Assembly (NCBI GenBank): GCA_044892505.1
Contig: CM097882.1
Span: 12,462,001-12,526,000, forward strand
Reading direction: 5' to 3'
DNA length: 64,000 bases
Source: Schmidtea nova
Taxonomy: Eukaryota
In this document: piece after piece, positions 20,530-30,525 of the stretch
Layout: the number at the start of each line of letters is the position of its first letter
Numbering within the stretch: position 1 is the first letter of the stretch
Notes under the pieces: generated by a model
Database searches by the model: none
What the model saw: only the letters and a program-made list of their open reading frames with translations
Told to the model about the DNA's origin: nothing
Made by a program: the position numbers and the translations under genes

Positions 20530-21815
20530 ATCAATAAATCGTCGATATACACCATTCATTGCTTTATGCCATGTGTTACGAAATTCATGCATCTCTGGAA
20601 TGATGCTGGCGCGTTTGTTAACCCAAACGGCATTTTCTTGAATTGGTACAGATCTCTTCCGATTGTGAATGCTGTCTTTTCTTTATCCTCGTCTTTCATT
20701 TTGATCTGCCAATATCCGCTTTTTAAATCTAGTGACGTGAAATAGGCTGCTCCTTGTAGCGTCAACAACATTTCGTTTATATCTGGCAGTGGGTACGTAT
20801 CTCTTTTCGTAACTGCATTCAATCGTCTGTAATCGATACAGAATCTCTGAGATCCATCCTTCTTTTTCACCATCACCACTGGGAATTGCCAGGGTGAGCA
20901 ACTAGGTTCGATGACCTTTGCGTCTAACATCTTTTGTACCTCTTCTTCTGCCAATGCTTTTTGAGCTTCTGCCAGTTTGTATGGTCGTAATGCGATTGGC
21001 GTTTCGTCCGTCAACGGTATCGTGTGTAATGTTACATCGCATGTTCCTAAATCCAAATCTGATGCTGCGAATATGTCTTTATATTCCATCAATAGTTTCT
21101 GTAGCTGTTCTTTTTGTCGTTCGTCTAACAACACACTGTTGATTTTCCATGGAAATTCGTCACTGCTTTTCTCATTCTTGTCTGGTATCTCGATTTCGGA
21201 CATGGGTGTCAATTTACCCAATCTTTCATTTTTATATATTATTTTGTCCTCTTCGTCGACATTTACCAGATTAATTGGTATCTCACCTTCTTGGTTTATT
21301 GTGACTAATTCTCTTGCCATTGGAAATTCTTTTTTTGCTTCGAACTTCTTACTGGGTTCGAATATCATATCTCCCTTTATTGTCGAATCGATCTTGACAT
21401 AGCACATCATTTCATGTCTCGCTGGTACTACTATTTGTTCCGCACTTGCCACTTTAACTTTCATTCTGCAGATTTTCCCTGTTCTGTCTTTTAGTTTCAT
21501 TGCTCCTAGATCGATTACGATTTCCTTGAACAGGTCTGGCATCAGGTCAGTTCCAATAATACATGGTACACTCATCGATGGTATTACAGCGATGTACGTG
21601 TTAATTTCTGCCTTTCGTTGTTTAATTTTTACAAACCATCTTCCGGCTATTTCTACTGTCTCTTGACTGCACGCGATTACATGAACATTCGTCTTCTCGA
21701 TTTCTCCTTGGTTTTTCTCTGGTATATAGTTGATATCGATTGCCGAAATATTCGCGCCTGTATCGATCGTAGCTTCGATTTCTCTTCCGTTTATTTCTAT
21801 GGTTGTTGTTAAAAT
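20530..21815 (-). CDS. pol: Aspartic protease and reverse transcriptase (N-terminal two-thirds) of the giant element
   Basis: IEATIDTGANISAI; RPYK, SPWQFPVVMVKKKDGSQRFCIDYRRLN, DLKSGYWQI, KMPFGLTNAPASFQR. YIDD at 20538-20549 just after an in-frame TGA. Confidence 0.97.
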
Positions 21816-22329
21816 CGGTCCCATATTTGTGGACATAACTGCTATCGTGTGCGTGTCTTCCAACGAGTCTGCGCTTCTAACTCGTTTTACTTTGCATCCT
21901 TCGGGAATTATCGGGTATATACTTGTCATCGGCATCATCTGCATCATATTCGGCTTTGTTTTGTATATCGGTTCGTTGTACATTGACTGAGGTGGAGCGC
22001 TGTATCTCCAATTCTCAACTGCACTCTTTTCTGTATACTGTGGAATCTGGTTTACATTTGCTTGTCCTCCTTGATCGTCATCGTCATCGTCATCATTGCT
22101 TGAATCATCTTGTGTTCGATATCCCCTCACTCTTTCCCATAATCCTTTCCTTTCTTTCTTTAGTTGTCGTCTTGCTTGCTCATCTTGCATTATCTTTTTG
22201 AATTTCCTTCCGACATCTTCATTTGTTCCTTTCATTTTTGCAAGTATTTTCAACAATCTCTTTATTCGATGTATGTCTTTTGAGTTTCCGTGCAACACCA
22301 TTGTTTTCGCAAGAAATGGTAAAAACTCT

Positions 22330-24195
22330 ACCACCATCTTCCAATTCACTTTCTTTTCTCTCTTGTAGATATCAAAACACGCTAACATTTGCGTTATTAT
22401 CACTCTGACGATTTTTATTATCAATATAACACCCAGTATTCCAGCCATCATTTGTCCGAATATCAGGAATCTTCCCCACATTGCTTTCATCATATTTTCC
22501 GTGGCTTTCTTGAAATGTGCCGGTGATAACAGTAGTTCATAATTCGTTCCTCCCGTTATCGTTACGATATTTGACAGTAATGCTTCTCTTCTTGTCGGGA
22601 ATAATATATTCTGTCTTGCTGCTTCCAGATCTTTTGGACTATAGATTCCGTTGTTTGAGACATCTACGTCGCTGAATTGTCTATCCTTCGATAACTGCAT
22701 TAGCTCGAATTCTCTTGGTGCTATTACTTCGGCTCTTGCTAGGAACATTACCCATTTGCCATCTGGCTTCTGATAAAGCGGTCCGGACGCATTACTACAG
22801 TTGAATGGATTTGGTTCAAACCCTGGTGGATTGATGATTCTCGTCACCGGTTGAACGTATCGTACTTTTCCTTTATAATCGATTTCTAATTCGTTTGTGC
22901 ATGTTCCAGGTTTCAACTGCGTTGTTGCTGCTAGCGGCGCGTGTGTCTTTTCACAAATGTATACATACATTGCCTCTCCAACCTCTCTTCCGAAATGTCC
23001 TTCCCTCAGTGGTAATAACGGCATCGCGCTATCTGGATTCGTAATCGCTACGGCCTACTTTGTCTTTAATATCTCTCGGTTCAGTATACAATCGTTATTT
23101 ATCAGATCATAGTACACTTTTTGCAATGAGGCTTGTCCTCTATGGAATAAGAAATCCATTTTATTATTCACATACAAGTGTAGCTTGATATCCATTGTGT
23201 CGATCTTGGGTTTCGCATTCGGCACTTCTTGCTTTGACACGTATATTCCTGGGTAGTTCGTTTCGTATACCGTTGTACTACACTTAAGGGTTGCTTTCCC
23301 TTTTATGAATCTCAATCCCACATCTTGATTTGTGGTTATCAACACTGTTGGTGTGGTTCTCATTTCTATCCGTTTTTCTCTATGATCTCGCTTCAATTGT
23401 CTTTTATTCTCTAAAGCCTCCTTGAGATGCTTTGCTCTAGCTTTGTCATCATCATCTTCTTCCTGGAACGTTTTTCCTTGAATTTCGTCGAACTTTGCTT
23501 CTTGTAGCAGTTGTAATTGACATTCGTTCACTTTCGGTTTATACACCAATGTTGACATTCCCGTTTGACACATGCTCCTGTCAATTTTACACATGGATAA
23601 CGTTTTCATTTCTCCTGTTGTCGGTTCGAAGAATGCTTCGTAGCTTTTCAGTTCGACTATATACGTATCCATCACCACTAAGTTGGTTGCAGGTACTCCG
23701 AATATTGGGTAGGTTTCTCCTTGACAATATCCTTCTCCTCCCGTAATCCGTCCTGCTACATAATACGTCTGCTGTAGCATCATTCCTGGCTTTCCTTTTA
23801 TCTTGATTTTATCTCTTGTTGTTACTTCTCCGTGTTTAAATAATGCTTCGCAGTCTTCTCCTTGCAACACGATTGGTTCTCTTTCCGTTCCTGGCATGAC
23901 AATTGCTGAATAATGTCCTCTCCCACAATAGAATGCAAATCTCGTCTTCTGCACCTTGCATTCATTCACCATTGTCTTTATTAGTTCTGCTTCTTGATAC
24001 ACGTGGTACCATTGTTCCTTTTTAATCTCTTTTAACTCTACTGGAGTTGCATCTTTGCATTGCTCCGTACCTCTCAATGAATACTTTTCTCCTAACTTCA
24101 TTTGATCACAATCAAATACTTCAAATGTTGTTACACCTTCTGTGCTTAACAACCATACTAACATCATCATGATTATCGAGTTAAGATTCAACGTC
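22330..24195 (-). CDS. env: Envelope glycoprotein, chuvirus-like/gB-type, embedded in the pol frame upstream of protease (one in-frame TAG at 23055-23057)
   Basis: Hydrophobic signal SIIMMMLVWLLSTEG; FEVFDC..YSL..EQC, ECKVQKTRFAFYCG, GEAMYVYIC, VQPVTRII, GIYSPKDL..ILFP and WGRFLIFGQMMAGILGV follow the pattern I recall for chuvirus/Pao-associated glycoproteins. Furin-type REKR; C-terminal TM. Confidence 0.82.
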
Positions 24196-25901
24196 GATCT
24201 TCCGTTTCCTTGCATCGTTTGTCTATTCTCCATTTCTCTCAATACTCCTTCCAGTTTCTTTCTCATCACGTTTGAACCTTCTTTTGTCTGGTTCTCTTTT
24301 ATGAACTTTTCCCATCCTCCTTTTCTGAGGATATAGGGTTCAATTTCTTTCTCGATAATCATCGCCGTATTTTTAATATGTCTTCCCATCGGACTTGACT
24401 TCGGACTCCCTCGGCTTAGCGTTAGCAAATTGTATATTGTATACGAGATTGCCACTAGATATTTGCTGTCTGTTTCTGCTCCATTAAGTAGCTTTTTTAT
24501 TAACATCGTGGTTCCTTGCCAATCTAGATGATTCGATTTTGTTTTTGCCTTTATCAATTCTGGCATGATCGGTGCTATTGCATTGTGTAGCATCTTTGCC
24601 TTTGTACTAGGTTCGTTTATCCGCCACAAATTCTTTAATTCCGGGTCGATTATCGCTAACACATCCATTATCGTTTTGGTGAGCCATTCTTCTCCTTGGC
24701 AGGCTTGATTCTCCTCTTTTCCTCTGATTTCTGCGATTTTGTCAAGTTTCTTCAAGCAAATCTCCCATTGCTCTTGTCTCCTTTCTTCCCTTGTCTTTGA
24801 GATTGCTGTTGTTGGGTCTATCTTTGGTCTTCCTCTTGGTCGTTTTTCCATTCCAGTTCCGGTTTCTACGAATCTCGCTGCTCTTCCGGTTTCTTCTGTA
24901 ACATCTCTTCCTTCGTTTGCTCGTTGTTCTAACCATCTTTCCATTTCTTGGGTAAACTGTGGTTGTTCTTGCTCGTCTTCCGAATCGTTTACCATTTCTA
25001 TGACTACCTCCTGTTCCACTCCTTGATCGTCGATTTCTGCTGGTGACGTTATTGGCATCTCTATTATTCTGTCAAAAATATTCGCAGTTGGTTTTTGAGT
25101 CAACTTTGTTAATTCTTCTATTGCTTCGTCACTGTCTGTTAGTATCTCGTCGACGTCATATGCTTCTGGCGGTGTTCTCTCTCTCGTTTTTATTGGTGTT
25201 GTCCTTGCTTGTCCCGAACTTGTTCCTGGGGTCATTGTTGACTTTATCGGACTTGGTGTACTCATGCTTCCTTTCGGTTTCTTTTCCTCTTTCAGCTTCA
25301 GTGGTTGACCCACTATTTGTGCCACTGTTAGCGTATTCACTAAATCCAATTGTACTGGTGTCAGCCAGATTTCCAAATTATTATCCAACGATCGTCCTTG
25401 ATGTTGCAGGTGGAATGGTAGTTCGTACATCAGTTTCTCTTTAACGCTTTTCACTTTTTCTGTAAGCATCACCCAAAACTCTTCTTTTCTCTGATTCGGA
25501 TACATTATCCTCAAATGTATTTTCTGTGGCGTTTCTTCCGCAAACTCTTTGTTTCTCCACTTTTTTATTACATGGTCTAGTTGCTCTGGACACCACTCAT
25601 TAATTCTCTTGTATTCTGCTATCACTTTAGCTGCTTTTCTCAAGTTCGTTATGTCTTCTCCATTTGCGATTATAAATTCTGCTAAGCCTTTTATTGTTTG
25701 TCTTTTTCCCCGAGTATTCCTTCTCAACAACTCGGTTAATTCGTTCGTTTTCTGTTTTTCTAATTCTGCCCATATTACTGCAGTTTCTGGTCCGTCTAAG
25801 TCCGTTGGTAATAACCTCTTTGTTACTATACATATCCGTTTCGTATTCGGTTCATATCTGTCTTCTTCTTCTGGATCTTCTTCATACACGCCTCTTTTCA
25901 C
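23055..25901 (-). CDS. Polyprotein segment: UBL3 (~25325-25525), acidic linker, AT-hook (KRPRGRPK, ~24822-24846), Bcl-2-like domain, env N-half
   Basis: 948-aa open frame, in frame with flanking ORFs across single TAG codons. Confidence 0.85.
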   Translation of the reverse strand: MKRGVYEEDPEEEDRYEPNTKRICIVTKRLLPTDLDGPETAVIWAELEKQKTNELTELLRRNTRGKRQTIKGLAEFIIANGEDITNLRKAAKVIAEYKRINEWCPEQLDHVIKKWRNKEFAEETPQKIHLRIMYPNQRKEEFWVMLTEKVKSVKEKLMYELPFHLQHQGRSLDNNLEIWLTPVQLDLVNTLTVAQIVGQPLKLKEEKKPKGSMSTPSPIKSTMTPGTSSGQARTTPIKTRERTPPEAYDVDEILTDSDEAIEELTKLTQKPTANIFDRIIEMPITSPAEIDDQGVEQEVVIEMVNDSEDEQEQPQFTQEMERWLEQRANEGRDVTEETGRAARFVETGTGMEKRPRGRPKIDPTTAISKTREERRQEQWEICLKKLDKIAEIRGKEENQACQGEEWLTKTIMDVLAIIDPELKNLWRINEPSTKAKMLHNAIAPIMPELIKAKTKSNHLDWQGTTMLIKKLLNGAETDSKYLVAISYTIYNLLTLSRGSPKSSPMGRHIKNTAMIIEKEIEPYILRKGGWEKFIKENQTKEGSNVMRKKLEGVLREMENRQTMQGNGRSTLNLNSIIMMMLVWLLSTEGVTTFEVFDCDQMKLGEKYSLRGTEQCKDATPVELKEIKKEQWYHVYQEAELIKTMVNECKVQKTRFAFYCGRGHYSAIVMPGTEREPIVLQGEDCEALFKHGEVTTRDKIKIKGKPGMMLQQTYYVAGRITGGEGYCQGETYPIFGVPATNLVVMDTYIVELKSYEAFFEPTTGEMKTLSMCKIDRSMCQTGMSTLVYKPKVNECQLQLLQEAKFDEIQGKTFQEEDDDDKARAKHLKEALENKRQLKRDHREKRIEMRTTPTVLITTNQDVGLRFIKGKATLKCSTTVYETNYPGIYVSKQEVPNAKPKIDTMDIKLHLYVNNKMDFLFHRGQASLQKVYYDLINNDCILNREILKTK
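24295..24695 (-). CDS. Bcl-2-like domain within the polyprotein
   Basis: BH2-like EPYILRKGGWEKFIK (cf. WIxxNGGWxxF), preceded by a degenerate BH1-like WQGTTMLIKKLLNGAETDSKYLVAI; all-helical pattern; canonical NWGR absent. Confidence 0.68.
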
Positions 25902-25904
25902 TTT

Positions 25905-27866
25905 CTAACATCTCTCTTTATCGTCCCATCGTTTCTCCACTGGCGTCAATCGTCGTTTATTAAGATCCAATTCTCCAAATATTGTCTCCCATTCAGACTT
26001 TATCCGCCAGTTCCGATAGATTTCTACTATCTGTCTCAACTTGCGCATAACGTCTTCTTGTCGTGCCTTTTTCCTTTCCTCATCTCTTGGTGTTGCTCTT
26101 GGCACGTCATCCATTCTGATGACATGTATTGTCTGGTAATTATCCCATATGCCGATTTTATACGCTCGTCTCTCATCTCGTTCATTCAGTAGATGTTCTT
26201 TGTATTTTATAGCGATGTCGTCCTCGAATTCATCTTCCCGTTCTCGTTGCAATATCGTCTCATTGATGACATCTACTATTTCTCCCACTTTACTATCTGG
26301 TATTACTTCAATTTGTCTTGTCTCTTCGTTCGGCAATCTCACGGTAATCTTCAGGTCTGATACCTCTCCTCGTTTGAACATTTCTTTTCCCATCTTTGCA
26401 ATTAGCTTGTCCGTTTTGAAATTTGAATGTCTCGTTTGACTTGTATTTCGTATGTTCTCGATACACTGTTTCAAATTCTCATACTCGCTTTTTGACAATT
26501 CCTTTCGATATTTCTTGATTTGTTGGATGATCTGTTCTATCATCGTATTCAAATTCTCTGCCAAGATTCTTTCTTTTGCCTCTACCAACTGAGGTTTTAT
26601 TCTCATCTCATAACACGTATTCGCTTCTTTGACGATTCCTTGTAAGTTCTCTTCCTTCTTGGTGTTGCATATTGATGACGTTGTTATTTCTCCTGGCCAG
26701 ATGCCTGTGTCTATCATATGCGTTCCTTTTCTCACCAATCCGTTTTCCGAATATATGAATTTGTCTTTGTACGAGCTTCCCAATCTGTCCTCAACCCATC
26801 GGTAAATTCCATCCGTCATTGGGTTCTTTATCCAGATTCTTGGTGAACACTCGTTTATCCATATCTGTATTATGTATTCGTTGAGTGGTTCTTTTAACAA
26901 CTTCTCAATGTACTCTTGTATTACTCTCACTTCTCTTTCTTGTAACCACTCTTTATACTTCGTTTGCCATACTGCTCGTATAAACTTTCGGTATCGTTTC
27001 TTGTCGATAAACTCCTCGTTATGGATTACTTCTAAAGCGTTATTCATCAGCTTCTGAATTTCGTCTTCCTTTACTGATACTGTTTCTATTGTCTCGACTA
27101 CTTCCATCTTTTTATCCTCGTTTTCCGGTTCCTTTAGTATGTCTCCTGCCAGACTGCTAACTTTGCTGTCGTCTTCTTCATCTGACAATTCTTGTCTTGG
27201 GTGTCTCAGCATCCCAATATGCGCGGTTGGTCTTACTTTGTTTTTGCTAACCTCCTGCGTTAGTTCATTCTCGTTTCCCGTTATTTCAGCTTTTCCCATT
27301 CTCTTCTCTAACTCATCTATTTCTTCCAACCGTCTTCGTCTTATTTTTCCTTTAAATATCCGACTGATCCGAGTTTGATGTTTCACTGGTGGTGGGATTT
27401 TCTCCGGTTCCACCTCTCTGATGATCATCACGTTTATTTTCGTCTCCGTTACTCCCATATCTTCCCAAGTATCAGTCATCTTCAACTTTACTTCTGGCAA
27501 ATCCTCTGTTTGTAGGAATGCTTCTCTGGGCAGTTTCGTCACTCCCGGAATCATCTCATTTACTTTATTGAACAATCTTCCCACTTCTTCTTTTACATCG
27601 AATTTGAATCGAAACACGTGATCATTCGGCATGATCACCAACATTCCTCTTTGCTTGATTCTCATTTCTTCTTCTTGATTCGCTTCTTTTTCTGTTTCTT
27701 TTTCTGTTTCTGTTTCTTTTCTCTCTTCTTCCTCTTTTTGATTCTGTTCTGCGGTTTCTACTTCCTGATTCACTTCTTCTTGTTTCCGCTCTTCGTTTCC
27801 TTTTTCTTTAACTTCGAATTCGTCTGACTCATCTTGCTGCTTCTCTTCCATCATTGCTCGCATCAT
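25905..27866 (-). CDS. Polyprotein N-terminal segment with two ubiquitin-like domains (~27415-27645 and ~26113-26358)
   Basis: LKITVRLPNEETRQIEVIPDSKVGEIVDVI...IKYKEHLL...IGIWDNYQTIHVI follows the ubiquitin beta-grasp pattern; MLVIMPNDHVFRFKFDVKEEVGRLFNKV...INVMII is a weaker match. The ATG overlaps the gag TGA (ATGA). Confidence 0.75.
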   Translation of the reverse strand: MMRAMMEEKQQDESDEFEVKEKGNEERKQEEVNQEVETAEQNQKEEEERKETETEKETEKEANQEEEMRIKQRGMLVIMPNDHVFRFKFDVKEEVGRLFNKVNEMIPGVTKLPREAFLQTEDLPEVKLKMTDTWEDMGVTETKINVMIIREVEPEKIPPPVKHQTRISRIFKGKIRRRRLEEIDELEKRMGKAEITGNENELTQEVSKNKVRPTAHIGMLRHPRQELSDEEDDSKVSSLAGDILKEPENEDKKMEVVETIETVSVKEDEIQKLMNNALEVIHNEEFIDKKRYRKFIRAVWQTKYKEWLQEREVRVIQEYIEKLLKEPLNEYIIQIWINECSPRIWIKNPMTDGIYRWVEDRLGSSYKDKFIYSENGLVRKGTHMIDTGIWPGEITTSSICNTKKEENLQGIVKEANTCYEMRIKPQLVEAKERILAENLNTMIEQIIQQIKKYRKELSKSEYENLKQCIENIRNTSQTRHSNFKTDKLIAKMGKEMFKRGEVSDLKITVRLPNEETRQIEVIPDSKVGEIVDVINETILQREREDEFEDDIAIKYKEHLLNERDERRAYKIGIWDNYQTIHVIRMDDVPRATPRDEERKKARQEDVMRKLRQIVEIYRNWRIKSEWETIFGELDLNKRRLTPVEKRWDDKERC

Positions 27867-29548
27867 GTTGATCCTTGGATTTCCTTTTTTAACTGTTGTA
27901 ATCGTTGTTGTCTGACTTGTTCTTCCTCTCGTCGTATTCTAGCCCATTCCTGGTTATGTTTCTGTTGACTCTCTCTATTTTCTCTTTCGGCCTCAGCTTC
28001 TATTAACTGGATCATGTTTAGCTTTGGTTGAGCAGCTTGCTGGCTTCCCTTTGCCATGCTTTCGATTTTCTCATGTAATCTGGATACCTCCTGTCTCAAC
28101 TTGGCTTCTTTCATACTGGCTTCATTTGCACTGCTATTTGGGTTGTTCCGTTGTTGACCCTGATTCCCATAGCTTGGTCGATTTCCGTAATTCTGTCTAT
28201 TTCCACTGTTTGACCAACTTCTCTGTTGATTACACTCTCTGGACATATGTCCGGTTTTTCCACATGTGTAACACGTTTTCCCGTAACATCGATTTTCTGA
28301 GTGACCTTTTTGTCCACACAGTTTACAGGTTACGTTCTGAAAACAATCTTGTTGCCAATGTCCGTTTTTTCCACACGTCTGAGATTGCCTATTCTGCCTG
28401 TCATTGTAACTATTTCCTCCATTCGTGTTTACTGTGATATATCCGTTGTTTTTCCTCGCTGGCGGTTCTTTGAACAATCTCTGCGAATGGGGAATACTTT
28501 GATTCATGTTTCTTTTTCCTTTTTCTTCATCTTCTGTCGTTTTTCCCATTACCGCCGTAATTCTCATGTCATTCATTGCCATATGCAATTCGAATAGGTT
28601 GGCTGCTTCCAACGCTTCATCTACTGTTTTACATCCTTTGCATCCCACTTGTGCTCTGATGTCAGGTCTCCTGAGACCTCGTACGAATAACGCTGTCATC
28701 AATTCCTCATCCACTGGGCTTCCTCTGTTGAACGCCAGTTTCACCAACTTCCTTAATTCACTTGCGTACACCGCATTTGACTCGTTTCTCCTCTGTTTTC
28801 TTGCTGAAAACTCATCGAATACTTCATTCAGCACTTTGTTTATCCCAAACGTCTGTTGGAAGAATTCCTTGATTGCTTCCCACGTTCTGGGTGGACTACT
28901 TCCCGATCTCTTTTCAATATACAGATCCAATGCGCTATCTTTCAAATATAGCGGGATTCGATTTGCCAACGTTTCCGGACTCCATCCGCATATATCCACA
29001 AATATGCCAAATTCCTTTAGAAACGTGTCCAATCTACTGGCGTCTCCATTGAATGGTTCGCCCTTGAATTTTTCTCTCAGATCCTCTCTGTGGTCACTCA
29101 TCCCGATTCCGCTGTCTTGGAATACTGTACTAGTTTTCTTTGCTTCTATTTCACCACTTGTTTCTGGATTCAACTCTTCTTCTTCACTACTCTCTGTTTC
29201 GTTATCTCTTGATTTGCTTCTTGTTCTGTTTTCACTGACTAGTTCACTGTCTATCGTTTCTACTTCGTTTTGTACTTCTAGATCCTCTGGGGTTTCTTCT
29301 TGATTCTCTTTATTACTCGAATTATCGCTGATCTCTGCTGGTTTATTCTTTTGTTGCGCTGTTTTATTCCCTGGTCTTGTCTTTTTCGCTGTTTTTCTTT
29401 CCTCTTCTGTTAGGATCGATTCTGTACTGACCTTTTGTTGTGCTACTTTAGCTGCTGCTTTTGCCTTTTTTGCTGCTTTTCTTTCTGCTTCTGTTAGGAT
29501 TGGTATTATACCTGTCCTTGTTTCGCGTTCCGCAATTTTGTCTATTAC
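27863..29548 (-). CDS. gag: Gag of the giant element (capsid-like domain plus three zinc knuckles, the first degenerate)
   Basis: PFNGD..LDTFLKEF..W...YLKDSALDLY; CKLCGQKGHSENRC, CYTCGKTGHMSREC and a degenerate SQTCGKNGHWQQDC. The frame is open from 29548 (upstream TGA at 29549-29551 may be a lesion); the track's start at 29173 is a TTG. Confidence 0.92.
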   Translation of the reverse strand, partial: VIDKIAERETRTGIIPILTEAERKAAKKAKAAAKVAQQKVSTESILTEEERKTAKKTRPGNKTAQQKNKPAEISDNSSNKENQEETPEDLEVQNEVETIDSELVSENRTRSKSRDNETESSEEEELNPETSGEIEAKKTSTVFQDSGIGMSDHREDLREKFKGEPFNGDASRLDTFLKEFGIFVDICGWSPETLANRIPLYLKDSALDLYIEKRSGSSPPRTWEAIKEFFQQTFGINKVLNEVFDEFSARKQRRNESNAVYASELRKLVKLAFNRGSPVDEELMTALFVRGLRRPDIRAQVGCKGCKTVDEALEAANLFELHMAMNDMRITAVMGKTTEDEEKGKRNMNQSIPHSQRLFKEPPARKNNGYITVNTNGGNSYNDRQNRQSQTCGKNGHWQQDCFQNVTCKLCGQKGHSENRCYGKTCYTCGKTGHMSRECNQQRSWSNSGNRQNYGNRPSYGNQGQQRNNPNSSANEASMKEAKLRQEVSRLHEKIESMAKGSQQAAQPKLNMIQLIEAEAERENRESQQKHNQEWARIRREEEQVRQQRLQQLKKEIQGST

Positions 29549-30060
29549 TCAACTTCTTATATTCTCAACTGATTTTCTACTTCGCTTTTGCTTTGCTTCT
29601 TCTTTGATTTGTTTCCTTTGATTGTTCTGACTGCTAGATTGCCTTGAATCGCTTGATTGATTTGTTTCCTTAAAACAAATAATCACTTAGACGATACGTC
29701 CCCGTTATCGTGTTTCTCGTCCCTCTCACGGGTGTAGTCATAATTCATGAAGATCCCCATTTTTCCCATTTCCCTTGATTTTAAGTCTATTTAAACTATC
29801 TATGCAGTCGTATCAATTATCTATACTTCATCAAATACACCAATTACTTTTCCCCAGTTCCCCAATTACTTTGTCGCTCAGCGCTTTTATTATCCCCTTT
29901 ACTTTTCTCAGGCTTCTCTGGCTCTGAGTTCGAATTTCCCCTTATCTATTGACTACTCTGTTTCTCGACTACTCGCTTTATTTTCTATTCACACTACGTT
30001 TACTACTTCGTTTCAATTCTCATCTCTACTCACTTTTAATTCCACTGACATCTCTCGTTG

Positions 30061-30525
30061 GCCTGCTGGGCTTTCCAGTCAGCGCCTTTCATCTCATCTG
30101 TTATCTCGACTTTATTTCTCTCAACATCACTCATTATCTCATTAGCCTGCTGGGTTTTCCAGTCAGCGCTTTTAATCTCACCTTTTACTGTTATCTCGTT
30201 ATTCTCGACCACGATTATCGTTTCATTAGCCTGCTGGGTTTTCCAGTCAGCGCTCTTATTATCCTCCATTTATCTCTTTACTGTCGACTTTTAACTGCTC
30301 TTTACTCCGATGATCATCATTTTTTGGCCTGCTGGGTCTTCCAGTCAGCGTCCTCAATTTCACTACTTTATTATTACTCACTTTTATTCTCTCGATCTTT
30401 CTTGATCGTTATCATTGACCTGCTGTGTTTTCCAGCTAACGTCTTTACCACTTTACCTGTCTTAACAAACCGGTTTCCTTTTATTCCCATCGAATCTCAT
30501 GGTCTGCTGGGTTTTTCAGTCAGCA
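30061..30525 (-). repeat. Six spaced copies of a ~24-nt hairpin-forming core (GCCTGCTGGGTTTTCCAGTCAGCG on +) at 83-98 bp period, in the 5' leader
   Basis: Cores start at 30061, 30145, 30229, 30327, ~30417 (degenerate) and 30502; spacers are much more divergent than cores. Confidence 0.88.

Noticed and set aside
23055-25907. Programmed readthrough at the in-frame TAG codons
   Set aside because: The same copy has clearly inactivating stops in RT and RNase H, so decay is the simpler explanation until other copies are compared.
10460-29303. Numerous plus-strand ORFs (e.g. 14599-15138, 16075-16524, 28506-29303)
   Set aside because: F/S/L-rich antisense shadows of purine-rich minus-strand genes; no motifs.
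30061-30525. CRISPR array
   Set aside because: Eukaryotic retroelement context, no cas genes, degenerate repeats, and spacers that resemble each other.
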